Positions 30,553 to 40,854 of a DNA stretch of 64,000 bases are shown here, piece by piece. Each line of letters opens with the position of its first letter. Position 1 is the first letter of the stretch. The notes beneath the pieces are model-generated. The model made no database searches. It saw only the letters and a program-made list of their open reading frames with translations, and was not told the origin of the DNA. The stretch lies in NCBI GenBank assembly GCA_965215015.1, contig OZ244042.1, forward strand, positions 4,736,001 through 4,800,000. The letters are read 5' to 3'. The position numbers were made by a program, and so were the translations under genes. The DNA is from Candidatus Poribacteria bacterium (GTDB lineage Bacteria; Poribacteria; WGA-4E; PCPOR2b).

Positions 30553-30646
30553 GGGAGGGGATAGGGTCCGGTGGCTCTACTGGTCTTCAAAACCAGCTTG
30601 CCCATGCAGGTGGGTAGGTGGGTTCGACTCCCACCCTCTCCCGCCA
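30553..30646 (+). tRNA. selC: tRNA-Sec (UCA)
   Basis: 8-bp acceptor stem GGGAGGGG/CCTCTCCC plus GCCA, long D stem, anticodon arm CTGGT-CTTCAAA-ACCAG, long variable arm, 5-bp T stem with TTCGACT. Confidence 0.95.
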
Positions 30647-30765
30647 CGCTGTTTCATCTCATTATGTCAATCACCTTGAGACAGGCTACCAAGACGGACA
30701 GACGAAAATATCTCCTCGTATACCCTTGAGGGAATCGAAGGACAGATTGGGAGCGAGTTGATAAG

Positions 30766-31044
30766 ATGACGCCCGAAGACTTATACAAAGCGGCTCAGTC
30801 CGCCCCGGATACTCAATCCCTAATCGAGATGGAATTGAACCGTTTCAGATGGGCTATCTATACCAATGGAGAAATGCTGTGGGAGGATGAGCAGACAATT
30901 GGTGAATTGTTGGCAAATGCTAAAAAATATGCTTTGATTCCTGTGGATAGGGAAGTTTGGGAGTGGTTTGAGAAAGCAGAGGACCGTTATCTGGCAAAAA
31001 TGGATCCGGTGTTACGTACCTATATCGAATCACTAGAAGATTAA
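30766..31044 (+). CDS. small hypothetical acidic protein
   Basis: 92-aa ORF with ATG start and an upstream GGGAG; no motif recognised. Confidence 0.5.
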   Translation: MTPEDLYKAAQSAPDTQSLIEMELNRFRWAIYTNGEMLWEDEQTIGELLANAKKYALIPVDREVWEWFEKAEDRYLAKMDPVLRTYIESLED

Positions 31045-31161
31045 TATTGATTGTTGAAGGGCTATCAAACCCACATATATCAAAACCCCAGTGGAGTAAC
31101 AGATGGTAACTTGCGTTAATATACTTTTTACATTTCACGTTTCATATATCGGGAGTTGACC

Positions 31162-33051
31162 ATGCCAATCAGGATCTTATCCCCCGACATATCCAACAAG
31201 ATTGCCGCCGGCGAAGTCGTTGAACGTCCGGCGTCTGTGGTTAAGGAGTTGGTTGAAAATGCAATCGACGCCGATAGCACGAACATCAACGTCGAAATTC
31301 GGGCGGGCGGCAAACGACTCATCTCAGTCTCAGATAACGGTGGGGGCATGAACCGTGAGGACGCGCTCATCGCGATAGAACGCCACGCAACTAGTAAAAT
31401 TAGCACAGTTGAAGACTTAGAAACTATCCAGACATTTGGATTTCGCGGGGAGGCACTTCCGAGTATTGCCTCGGTTTCTCAGTTTGAACTACTGACGCGA
31501 ACAACGGAGGCGGTGGAAGGCACAAAGATTACGGTTGAAGGCGGCGTGGTTCGTCCTGTACAGGCAAGCGGTTGTTCACCGGGGACACATATTACAGCTA
31601 ACAACCTGTTTTATAATGTGCCAGCGCGGCTGAAATTCCTCAAAAGTGATGCGACAGAGCTGAATCACATCACAAATCAGGTGATGTGGGCAGCACTTGC
31701 CAACCCGAACATCCGGTTTTCTCTCTCACACAACAACCGCTCTCTCATTGATGTCCGAGCGTGTGATTCCTATATTGAACGCATACGCCTACTATATGGG
31801 AAAGATTTCGCCGAAAACCTCATTGAGTTCGATAGTGACCTCCCGAACCTTCATCTCCACTGCTTTATCGGCAAACCCGATTTCACGAAGGCAAACCGTA
31901 ACTACCAACTCTTTTTCCTGAATCGGCGCCCCATTCGGAGTAAGGTTCTCGGTGCAGCCCTCAACGAGGCAATGCGATCCATGGTCCCGAAAGATCGATA
32001 TGTAGTCGCGTTTCTGTTCCTAACAATGAGCGGCAACCACGTTGATGTCAATGTCCATCCAGCCAAGATTGAGGTGCGCTTCCAGAATGAGCGCACCCTT
32101 TATAGTGGAGTGGTACGCCTGCTGCATAGCGGCATTTATAAAAACAAATACATCCCCAAAATGGAATCGCAAGATAGAAAAACAAAGTCGGGACAAGATT
32201 CCACCCCTGAAGGCATAGACACCCCCACAAACCTCCCGCCTCAACAACCGCGGATCGAGGTGGAGACCTCAGTTACACGTTCCTCCATCTTCCCTGTGGC
32301 ACGTCGTGAACTTACACAACCGGACTCAACCCTTGATGCTACTACGCTACCACAACCTGAAGAACCACAACCTGAAGAACCTGATCCACAGCAGGAAACG
32401 CTTCAAGTCGAATCGGTGCAGCTGCCACAACACCCAATCCCCGAAGGGACGGAACTCCAACTTTTCGACTTTGAAGGTGTCCATCTAAAAACCAATCTGT
32501 TTAATACCTACATCGTTGCGGAAGGCGCAGATCGGGTGTTCTTGATTGATCAGCACGTGGCAGCCGAACGTGTGCTTTATGAGCGGTTTGTTGAGCAGCT
32601 AAAGACAGGCGGCATTCCTGTGCAGGGGTTGTTGCTACCTATCACCATCGAAGCAACGTCCCAACAGCTAACAACACTCGATGCCCACAGCGAACTATTT
32701 GAAAAACTCGGTTTCGATGTGGAGCGATTCGGTGGGAGGACCATCCTTGTCCGATCTATCCCCGCAACGCTCCCCACACGGTTCGTCAACGTGACGGTCA
32801 CAGACCTGCTAGATGGAATCGGAAGTGCCGTAGCTCCGACCGCAGAGCATCTCGAAGTTCAAGACAAGGCACTCATCACGCTCGCCTGCAAGTCCGCTGT
32901 GAAAGCCGGGGATGTGCTGACAATGGAGGAGATGGTTAACCTGATTCGAGACCTCTCTCGTGCAAAGTTGCCGTTCAACTGCCCACATGCCCGCCCGATC
33001 ATTGTGGAGATGCAGCGAAGTGAGTTAGAGAGTCGGTTTAAGCGGCGATGA
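31162..33051 (+). CDS. mutL: DNA mismatch repair endonuclease MutL
   Basis: IAAGEVVERPASVVKELVEN, GFRGEAL, DQHVAAER, ACKSA and CPHARP. Confidence 0.97.
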   Translation: MPIRILSPDISNKIAAGEVVERPASVVKELVENAIDADSTNINVEIRAGGKRLISVSDNGGGMNREDALIAIERHATSKISTVEDLETIQTFGFRGEALPSIASVSQFELLTRTTEAVEGTKITVEGGVVRPVQASGCSPGTHITANNLFYNVPARLKFLKSDATELNHITNQVMWAALANPNIRFSLSHNNRSLIDVRACDSYIERIRLLYGKDFAENLIEFDSDLPNLHLHCFIGKPDFTKANRNYQLFFLNRRPIRSKVLGAALNEAMRSMVPKDRYVVAFLFLTMSGNHVDVNVHPAKIEVRFQNERTLYSGVVRLLHSGIYKNKYIPKMESQDRKTKSGQDSTPEGIDTPTNLPPQQPRIEVETSVTRSSIFPVARRELTQPDSTLDATTLPQPEEPQPEEPDPQQETLQVESVQLPQHPIPEGTELQLFDFEGVHLKTNLFNTYIVAEGADRVFLIDQHVAAERVLYERFVEQLKTGGIPVQGLLLPITIEATSQQLTTLDAHSELFEKLGFDVERFGGRTILVRSIPATLPTRFVNVTVTDLLDGIGSAVAPTAEHLEVQDKALITLACKSAVKAGDVLTMEEMVNLIRDLSRAKLPFNCPHARPIIVEMQRSELESRFKRR

Positions 33052-33169
33052 TTGGAGAGGGTGCAGATGGTCCTATGTGATATTTTGGACATGAATTGTC
33101 GTGAGGAGAATTGAAAAATGATTATAAACACCTTCAAAGATTTACTTACGTTAGTGGAGGCAAAATTCG

Positions 33170-34168
33170 ATGTCAAGGCACTATAGGGTTGGCATCATCG
33201 GATGCGGAAGAATAGCGGCGGCACACGCCCATGCGTATGCAGCAATCGAGTCTACCGAGCTCGTCGTAGCCGCAGAACCAGATCCGGAACGCCGGCTAAA
33301 ATTTGACGAGACTTACGGTGTCACGGGCTTTTACGAAAATTATCGTGAGATGCTTGCAGATGAGGAATTGGATATTATCAGCATCTGCACATGGCCCCCA
33401 CTTCATTCCGAAATGACGGTTGCTGCCGCTGAAAGTGGTGTAAAGGCAATACTTTGCGAAAAACCGATGGCACTTAATCTAGGGGAAGCGGATAAGATGT
33501 TGGAAGCCTGCGAAGAGACTGGAACAAAGCTGGTCATCGGACATCAACACCGCTTTGACCCACAAACGGTGAACGTATTAGAACTCATCAAGGGCAATGC
33601 TATCGGTGAATTGCAATCAATCTTCGGTTACTGCAACAGCAAAGACTTGCTCACCAACGGCACCCATGTCGTTGACCTCATCCGTTATTTTGTCGGCGAT
33701 TCTTCAGTCAGGTGGGTTATGGGACAAATCGATCGTCCGTCAGATAAGGTTGACTTTGGCCATCGCGTTGAACATAACGCTATTGGGCATTGGCACTTTG
33801 AAAACGGCACCCATGCAATGCTCGCGCAGGGCGAACTTGCCCCAAGTGGTTATGCCTTCCAGCTTTGCGGCACCGCCGGAATCATCAGCGTCAATGCGCC
33901 CCAAGGTCGTCCCCTACAGGTCATCACTAAAAATGGCGAACTGGACGTTCTCCTTGAAGAGGTCAACCCCAAACACGCGGAGGTGGAAGAACTAATTGCT
34001 TGGTTGGAAGGAGGGGCACCCCACCGATCGCGTGGAGAAAGCGGTAGAGGAACGATGGAAGTCCTCATGGCAATCATCGAGTCGTCGCGCTTACACCGCG
34101 CCATCTACCTACCCCTCGAAACGGCAGAGTCGCCGCTCGAACTGATGATCGAGGCGGAGCAAATCTGA
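33170..34168 (+). CDS. Gfo/Idh/MocA family oxidoreductase
   Basis: GIIGCGRIA, ICTWPPLH, CEKPMA and NGTHVVD. Confidence 0.9.
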   Translation: MSRHYRVGIIGCGRIAAAHAHAYAAIESTELVVAAEPDPERRLKFDETYGVTGFYENYREMLADEELDIISICTWPPLHSEMTVAAAESGVKAILCEKPMALNLGEADKMLEACEETGTKLVIGHQHRFDPQTVNVLELIKGNAIGELQSIFGYCNSKDLLTNGTHVVDLIRYFVGDSSVRWVMGQIDRPSDKVDFGHRVEHNAIGHWHFENGTHAMLAQGELAPSGYAFQLCGTAGIISVNAPQGRPLQVITKNGELDVLLEEVNPKHAEVEELIAWLEGGAPHRSRGESGRGTMEVLMAIIESSRLHRAIYLPLETAESPLELMIEAEQI

Positions 34169-34212
34169 AACGCATAATGCAAAACAACACACAGTGTAAT
34201 TGGAGTAAGTCC

Positions 34213-34977
34213 ATGCTCACACCTGAACAGATTCAATTTTACAAAGACAACGGCTACCTACTTGCCGAACAGGTCTTCACACCCGAAGAGGTCGAGGAAT
34301 GTGTCCGTGAAACCGACGCAATGTTTGACCGTGTCCAGCAGGGTGGACGTCAACTCGAAGCTACCTGGGGCGGCAAGTGGCGGGAAACCCAAATTCCCGA
34401 AGAAGAACTTGGGCAAACATCGGTACTCAGCATCCATAATATGCAATACCATTCCGCAGTTTTCACCAGAATGCTAGTCAATCCGAAGTTAGCTGGAATT
34501 GTCGCCGATTTGATTGGTCCCAATGTGCAGCTGCACCACACAAAACTACACGTCAAGCCGCCCGAAAAAGGCTCCCCTTTTCCGATGCACCAAGACTATC
34601 ACTACTTCCCCTACGAAAAGGACTCGATGATCGCTGCGGTAATCTATCTCGAGGAGGCAATGGTGGAAAGCGGCTGTTTGTGCGTGATACCCGGCGTTCA
34701 TAAACAGGGCCCCCTGCCGCATGAACCTGACGGGCTTTACCTCTCGCCACAGAAATATCCCATTGAAGACGCGACACCGTGCGAAGGGAACGCAGGCGAT
34801 GTGCTTCTCTTTAGTTACTTAACCCCACACGGCTCATATCTCAATCGGACAGATCACCCAAGACGCATTGCTCTATTCCAATTCTGTTCCGCCACCGATC
34901 GACGGCTCAAGGATGTCCACATCTCCCCCGGACACGGACTGATGGTACATGGCGTCAACCCGACCCCGGAGGCATAG
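34213..34977 (+). CDS. PhyH-family dioxygenase
   Basis: MLTPEQIQFYKDNGY, PMHQD, GCLCVIPG and TPHGS. Confidence 0.88.
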   Translation: MLTPEQIQFYKDNGYLLAEQVFTPEEVEECVRETDAMFDRVQQGGRQLEATWGGKWRETQIPEEELGQTSVLSIHNMQYHSAVFTRMLVNPKLAGIVADLIGPNVQLHHTKLHVKPPEKGSPFPMHQDYHYFPYEKDSMIAAVIYLEEAMVESGCLCVIPGVHKQGPLPHEPDGLYLSPQKYPIEDATPCEGNAGDVLLFSYLTPHGSYLNRTDHPRRIALFQFCSATDRRLKDVHISPGHGLMVHGVNPTPEA

Positions 34978-35116
34978 GAAAGCAGAATTTAAGAAACAGA
35001 CCCAAGTTTTCAAAGCCTGAATCAGACACTTCTATACAGTATCAAATCAGAAATAAAACCCATCCTCATTCAGAAACAAACAAAAAAAAGAGGGGACCGA
35101 CAAAGGAGAGCAATCA

Positions 35117-36289
35117 ATGGTTAGGACAGCTGATGTAGTCATCATTGGGGGAGGGGCCATCGGGACAAGCCTTCTGTATCATCTGACCGCTAAAGGGATA
35201 CGAAACGTGGTACTCCTAGAGAAGGGATTGCTCTGTGCCGGCTCCACAGGCGATTCAGCGGCAATTGTGCGCCAGCACTACTCCAACGAAGTCAGTATCC
35301 GTCTCGTTAAGAAGAGCGTCGAAATCTTCCAGCACTTTCCCGAAATGTTTGATGGGGCGCGGGTCTTTCACAACGTCGGTTGGTATTTCTTGGTCCCGCC
35401 GGAGGCTGCCAATCTTTTTCATGACAACATGACACAGCTGAAGCGGTTGGGGGTGCGGACTTGGGAGGTTTCATTGGAAGACGCCGCAGAGGCACTACCG
35501 GGCTTAAACATGGACGGCATCGGCTGTGTGGCTTTCGAGCCAGACTCCGGCTATGCAGATCCCCACGGTATGGCAAGTGCCTTCGCCGCCAAAGCCAAAA
35601 GCAATGGTGCACAAGTCTACCTCCAGACGCCCGCCCGCGACATCAAGCTGAGCAATGGCAGCGTTTCCGTTGTAGTCACGGATCAGGGTGAGATTAGCAC
35701 GCCTGTTGTTGTCAATGCCGCCGGACCCTGGGCGAAATCGGTGGGAAATTGGATAGGATTAGACCTGCCTCTGGAAATCACGCGAGAATCAGAAGTCGTC
35801 GCCCGAATACCCGCGGATATGCCCCCCATGCGACACGCGGTTTCCAACATGGTAGACCGCACCTACTGGCGTCCTGAACGGCGCGGAATGCTCCTCGTCG
35901 GCGTTGGTCACCCCAAGGACAACGAACTGACGGATCCCAATCAATATTCACGCGATGTTTCTCGCGATTTCGTCGAAGACGTTGCCCACCGTCTGAGCCA
36001 CCGGATGCCAGTAATGGAACGGGCGATGTTCGTCAAGGGGTGGAGCGGTCTGTACACCGTTACCCCCGACTGGAACATGATCTTGGACAAAAGCCCCGAT
36101 ATTGAAGGCCTCTACCTTGCTGTAGGCGGGAGCGGGCACTCCTTTAAGATCTCGCCAGCCATTGGGCTATGTATGGCGGAACTCATTGCAGACGGTGCCG
36201 CCAGTACGGTGGATATCACGTCGTTGCGGGGCGCGCGTTTCACAGAGCGAACACATTTGTCCTCCACCTACGGCGGCAACCGCGCTTAG
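35117..36289 (+). CDS. FAD-dependent oxidoreductase (DAO / sarcosine oxidase beta-like)
   Basis: VIIGGGAIG, GSTGDSA, VNAAGPW and GGSGHSFK. Confidence 0.9.
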   Translation: MVRTADVVIIGGGAIGTSLLYHLTAKGIRNVVLLEKGLLCAGSTGDSAAIVRQHYSNEVSIRLVKKSVEIFQHFPEMFDGARVFHNVGWYFLVPPEAANLFHDNMTQLKRLGVRTWEVSLEDAAEALPGLNMDGIGCVAFEPDSGYADPHGMASAFAAKAKSNGAQVYLQTPARDIKLSNGSVSVVVTDQGEISTPVVVNAAGPWAKSVGNWIGLDLPLEITRESEVVARIPADMPPMRHAVSNMVDRTYWRPERRGMLLVGVGHPKDNELTDPNQYSRDVSRDFVEDVAHRLSHRMPVMERAMFVKGWSGLYTVTPDWNMILDKSPDIEGLYLAVGGSGHSFKISPAIGLCMAELIADGAASTVDITSLRGARFTERTHLSSTYGGNRA

Positions 36290-36348
36290 CCTTGCGCTCC
36301 AGTTTTGAACCCCAAAAGGTCACACTCAAGAGACTTCATTAACCTAAC

Positions 36349-37950
36349 ATGCACATAAAACGCTATCAAAGCTGGATTCTCGCCGGTATATCTGGCATCC
36401 TACTCATCCTTAGCTTTCCAAGTTTCAACCTCTTTCCGCTTGGATGGATCAGTCTAATTCCGCTGCTGATTGCCCTGCAATCAACATCAAGTTGGAAGGC
36501 CGCCTTTCTGCACGGTTACGTCACTGGGGCAATCTTCTTCCTGGGACTAATCTACTGGATCATCCTACTCTATCCCTTCGCAAACATATTCTTGACCACA
36601 TTCGCCTGTCTGCTGCTGGCAGGCTATCTCGCAGTGTACGTCGGTATTTTTTCTGCGTTGTTATATGGATTCCCGTGGAAATCCGGTCTACCTTTTATCT
36701 TCATCGTGCCTACAATATGGATAGGGTTAGAATGGGTGCGAAGCTGGTTTTTGACAGGCTTTCCGTGGGGCAGCATGGGATATACACAATGGAATAACCT
36801 ACCAGCGATCCAAATCGCATCAATCACAGGTGTACACGGTGTGAGTTTCATCGTTTGCCTCCTCAACGCAACAATCGCAAATATCCTCCGACCCTATCTC
36901 ACATCAAAAGACCAATTAAACGACCAAACAACATCGGTTGAAATGAGTGAGAAAAAATCTGTTTCACGTTTCACGTTTCACGTTTCAGATCTCATACCTA
37001 TTGTAATCGTCATTGCCTGCCTCGCCTACGGCGCATACGTGCTGTCCAAACCCGCTGACACCACCTCAGATGTCAAGATTGCCCTTGCCCCCGGCAACGT
37101 GCCGCAGATTGAAAAGTGGGATCGTGCGTATTGGCCCCAAATCTTCGAGAGATACATGAATCTAGTGAAAGCAGCAGACGCCGAAGAACCCGACCTTATC
37201 ATTCTACCTGAGACCGCGATGCGTGGTGAAATCTTCGCCTTGGCAGAGAACGTCTACCTCCTAAAATTGCGGCAGATACTAAACGAGCAGCAAATACACT
37301 TGCTCACAGGCACCTTCCATACACTCGAATCGAAAGTATATAATAGTGTGTTTCTGCTATCCCCGCCCGGGAAAAAAATTGGCAGCTATTCCAAGATCCA
37401 CCTGGTCCCCTTTGGGGAATATGTCCCGATAACCCGCCACCTCCCCAACTTTATCCAACTGCCCTCCGGATTTGAGCCGGGCAAGTCGATCGATCTCTTC
37501 CCGATTCCCCATACAGAAAATAGCCAAATGGGAATCGTCATCTGCTTTGAATCCGTGTTTCCGGATCTCTTCCGCAAATTTGTCAAAAAAGGAGCGTCCG
37601 TGATGGGGATTCTCACCAACGATGCTTGGTTTGACGGAACAGCAGCCCCGGAACAGCATTTGGCCATGGCACCCCTCCGCGCTGTCGAAAACCGTGTAGC
37701 CGTTTTCCGTTGCGCCAACGGAGGTATATCGTGTATAATTGATGCGCTTGGTAGGACAATCACGACACCGATTCAGGCAAGTGATACACAGAACTTCCTG
37801 ATTGGGAGGGTTCCATTGAAAAATCACGGGGGAACCATTTACACACGCTATGGTGACTGGCTTCCAATCCTATGTTTCCTTGTGAGTCTCCTCCTAATTC
37901 TCTATTATCATCGAACCTGGTTTGTTTCCAAGCTCAGGCGAGACGCGTAA
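36349..37950 (+). CDS. lnt: apolipoprotein N-acyltransferase
   Basis: TGFPW, LPETA, KIHLVPFGEY, ICFES, TNDAWF and RAVENR. Confidence 0.95.
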   Translation: MHIKRYQSWILAGISGILLILSFPSFNLFPLGWISLIPLLIALQSTSSWKAAFLHGYVTGAIFFLGLIYWIILLYPFANIFLTTFACLLLAGYLAVYVGIFSALLYGFPWKSGLPFIFIVPTIWIGLEWVRSWFLTGFPWGSMGYTQWNNLPAIQIASITGVHGVSFIVCLLNATIANILRPYLTSKDQLNDQTTSVEMSEKKSVSRFTFHVSDLIPIVIVIACLAYGAYVLSKPADTTSDVKIALAPGNVPQIEKWDRAYWPQIFERYMNLVKAADAEEPDLIILPETAMRGEIFALAENVYLLKLRQILNEQQIHLLTGTFHTLESKVYNSVFLLSPPGKKIGSYSKIHLVPFGEYVPITRHLPNFIQLPSGFEPGKSIDLFPIPHTENSQMGIVICFESVFPDLFRKFVKKGASVMGILTNDAWFDGTAAPEQHLAMAPLRAVENRVAVFRCANGGISCIIDALGRTITTPIQASDTQNFLIGRVPLKNHGGTIYTRYGDWLPILCFLVSLLLILYYHRTWFVSKLRRDA

Positions 37951-38051
37951 TTACCAGCAGATAGGCACTGAAGGCAGAGCACCCAAAATCAGGGGGGTCA
38001 AAATGGAATGCCAGATAATATCTCTATTCAAGACCGGAAAGGAAATAGACA

Positions 38052-39159
38052 ATGCTCGCAGATTTAAAATCTGAAGTTGAAGGAACGACGGATCGACTCC
38101 TTGAACTTAGGGGGCATCTTTGACTTAATAAATAAAGAAAAAGAACTCGAAACCCTTCAAGAAGAAACAACAAAGGTAGATTTCTGGAACGATCCCCAAA
38201 ACGCCCAAAAAATCACGCAGCGGGTCTCGAACCTGCGAAACGATGTAGAGCAATATCGCAAACTCCACGCCCAACTTGAAGACCTTCAACTACTGCTTGG
38301 ACTCGCCATCGAGGAAGATGATCAGACCGTAAGCGAAGAGATTGAAGCAGACTTGAAAGGGATCGCAGCGGCGGTTGAGGAGATTGAATTTAAGCTCATG
38401 CTCAGCGGCGAACACGATCTGAACAATGCAATCCTGAGCATTCACCCCGGTGCCGGGGGCACCGAATCTCAGGACTGGGCAGCCATGCTGATGCGGATGC
38501 ATCTCCGCTGGTGTGAAGCACATAACTACAAAACTGAAACCATCGAATTCTTGCCCGGCGAAGAAGCAGGCATCAAGAGCGCGACAATTTTAGTCACAGG
38601 CGAGTATGCCTACGGCTATCTTCGTGCAGAAGCGGGCATCCATCGGCTCGTTCGTCTCTCCCCCTTCGATTTTAATAATCGCCGTCACACCTCTTTTGCA
38701 GCTGTCGCTGTCTCCCCTGAAATTAGTGACACCATTGATGTTGAGATGGATCCGGCGGATTTGCGTGTCGAAACCTACAGAGCAGGCGGTGCCGGTGGGC
38801 AGCATGTCAATCGCACCGATTCAGCGGTCCGAATGACCCATCTACCCACCGGAATTGTCGCGCAGTGCCAAAATGAAAGGTCGCAACACAAGAACAGGGA
38901 CATGGCGATGAAGGTTTTGCGGTCCCGGGTCTATGAGTATTATCAAGCACAACGGGATGAGGAGATCTCAAAGCTGCAAGGCGATAGACTCGGTATTGAT
39001 TTCGGAAGCCAGATCCGCTCCTATGTGTTTCACCCTTATCGTCTCGTGAAGGATTTGCGAACGGGAGTTGAAACTGGAAACATTGACGCCGTTATGGATG
39101 GGGAACTAGATCAGTTTATCGAAAGCTACCTAAAAGAGGCAAAGTCCGAAAAGAGATGA
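38052..39159 (+). CDS. prfB: peptide chain release factor 2 (programmed +1 frameshift)
   Basis: ATG 38052 reads MLADLKSE...RGHL, then the shift site CTT TGA C (38118-38124) preceded by AGGGGG; downstream SPF and GGQ motifs. Confidence 0.96.
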
Positions 39160-39191
39160 GGGAAACACACTGCACAAAAGCTAGTTTTTTA

Positions 39192-39220
39192 TTGCCGAAA
39201 GCCCCTATACATGCTATACT
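39192..39220 (+). promoter_or_regulatory. sigma-70 promoter for lysS
   Basis: TTGCCG-17 nt-TATACT with TG extension. Confidence 0.55.
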
Positions 39221-39255
39221 AGCACTATGGCAAATTCTGTAAAAGGAACGTACAA

Positions 39256-40734
39256 TTGGAAGATTCAAGGGCATTGATGGATCAACGCCGGGAAAAGTTG
39301 GAAGAAATTCGTCAGCTCGGTGTGGACCCATACGCTTACAAATATTCACCGACCCATACGACTCAGGAAATCCGCGAACAATTTGTGGAGGTTGGAGATC
39401 ACCCAGACGAGGCGAAATCGGTTCGCGTTGCCGGGCGGCTTATGACCAAGCGCGACCACGGCAAAAGTGGATTTGCCCACCTGCAAGATGCGAGTGGGCG
39501 CCTCCAGATCTATGTTCGTCAAAATGCCGTTGGAGAAGAAGCCTATCAAATCTATAGAAAGCTTGATGTTGGAGACGTTATCGGCGTTGACGGTCCTGTT
39601 TTCCGTACCCGAACCGGCGAAATTACGGTGTTAGTGAACGAGGTTGAGCTCCTCGCAAAATCCCTTCGCCCCCCTCCAGAAAAATGGCACGGCTTGCAAA
39701 ATAAGGAGACACGGTATCGCCAACGGTACGCAGATTTGATGATGAACCCCGAAGTCATGCAGGTTTTCATCAACCGCACCCGGATGATCCAAGCCGTCCG
39801 CGAATACCTCAATCAAGACGGTTTTATTGAAGTAGAAACACCAATTCTTCAACCAATTTACGGGGGAGCAACAGCGCGCCCCTTCACCACGCATCACAAC
39901 GCTTTGGATATGCCGCTCTACCTCCGCATCGCAAATGAATTGTATCTCAAACGGCTCATCGTTGGCGGGTTTGATCGGGTCTATGAGTTTTCGAGGGATT
40001 TTCGGAATGAAGGGATAGATCACGACCATAGTCCCGAATTTACGATGATTGAGCTTTATCAAGCATACGCGGACTATGAAGATATGATGTGTTTGACCGA
40101 AAATCTACTTGCACACACTGCCCAAACGGTCCTCGGTACAACACAGATCACCTATAAAGGTGATTCCATCTCACTTAAGCCGCCCTGGCGTAGATTGACG
40201 ATGATTGAATCGATAAAGGAAGAAGCTGGTATTGATGTTAATAAATTGACCGCCGAAGAACTACGCAATGCAGTATTAGACACTGGGGTTGATTTAGAAC
40301 GCGCAGCATCCAGAGGCAAACTTATCGCTGAACTCTTCGAGGCACATGTCGAACCAAATCTCGTTCAACCGACATTTATTTACGATTATCCTATCGAGAT
40401 TTCACCGTTTGCAAAAAAGAAACGGGGGAGCGACCGCTTCGTTGAACGGTTCGAGTTCTTTATCGCTCGCATGGAGATGGGCAACGCCTTCAGTGAGTTA
40501 AACGATCCGATAGATCAGCGCGAACGATTTATTGAGGGTGCGAAGAAACAGGAAGACGGCGACGAAGATGCCTTAATGATAGATGAGGACTATCTGCGGG
40601 CGTTAGAGTACGGTATGCCGCCGACGGGTGGACTTGGTTTCGGGATTGATCGGCTCGCCATGTTACTCACAGACCAAACCTCAATCCGCGATGTCATCTT
40701 ATTTCCGCAGATGCGTCCGGAACGAGCAGACTGA
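39256..40734 (+). CDS. lysS: lysine--tRNA ligase (class II)
   Basis: EKWHGL, GGATARPFTTHHN, FRNEG and YGMPPTGGLGFGIDRL. Confidence 0.97.
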   Translation: MEDSRALMDQRREKLEEIRQLGVDPYAYKYSPTHTTQEIREQFVEVGDHPDEAKSVRVAGRLMTKRDHGKSGFAHLQDASGRLQIYVRQNAVGEEAYQIYRKLDVGDVIGVDGPVFRTRTGEITVLVNEVELLAKSLRPPPEKWHGLQNKETRYRQRYADLMMNPEVMQVFINRTRMIQAVREYLNQDGFIEVETPILQPIYGGATARPFTTHHNALDMPLYLRIANELYLKRLIVGGFDRVYEFSRDFRNEGIDHDHSPEFTMIELYQAYADYEDMMCLTENLLAHTAQTVLGTTQITYKGDSISLKPPWRRLTMIESIKEEAGIDVNKLTAEELRNAVLDTGVDLERAASRGKLIAELFEAHVEPNLVQPTFIYDYPIEISPFAKKKRGSDRFVERFEFFIARMEMGNAFSELNDPIDQRERFIEGAKKQEDGDEDALMIDEDYLRALEYGMPPTGGLGFGIDRLAMLLTDQTSIRDVILFPQMRPERAD

Positions 40735-40854
40735 CACGTAACAGGTAAAATCTTCTGATAGAAATGGCGTGGTTGCTTCGGACTTCCCACCTCAGATACC
40801 AAGAGAGATAGAAGATATGGACCAAAAACCTAAAAAAATAGAGGTTCCGTCTCC

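Noticed and set aside
32350-32381. 15-bp tandem duplication (PQPEE x2) in mutL
   Set aside because: It is in frame within the variable disordered linker, which is ordinary.
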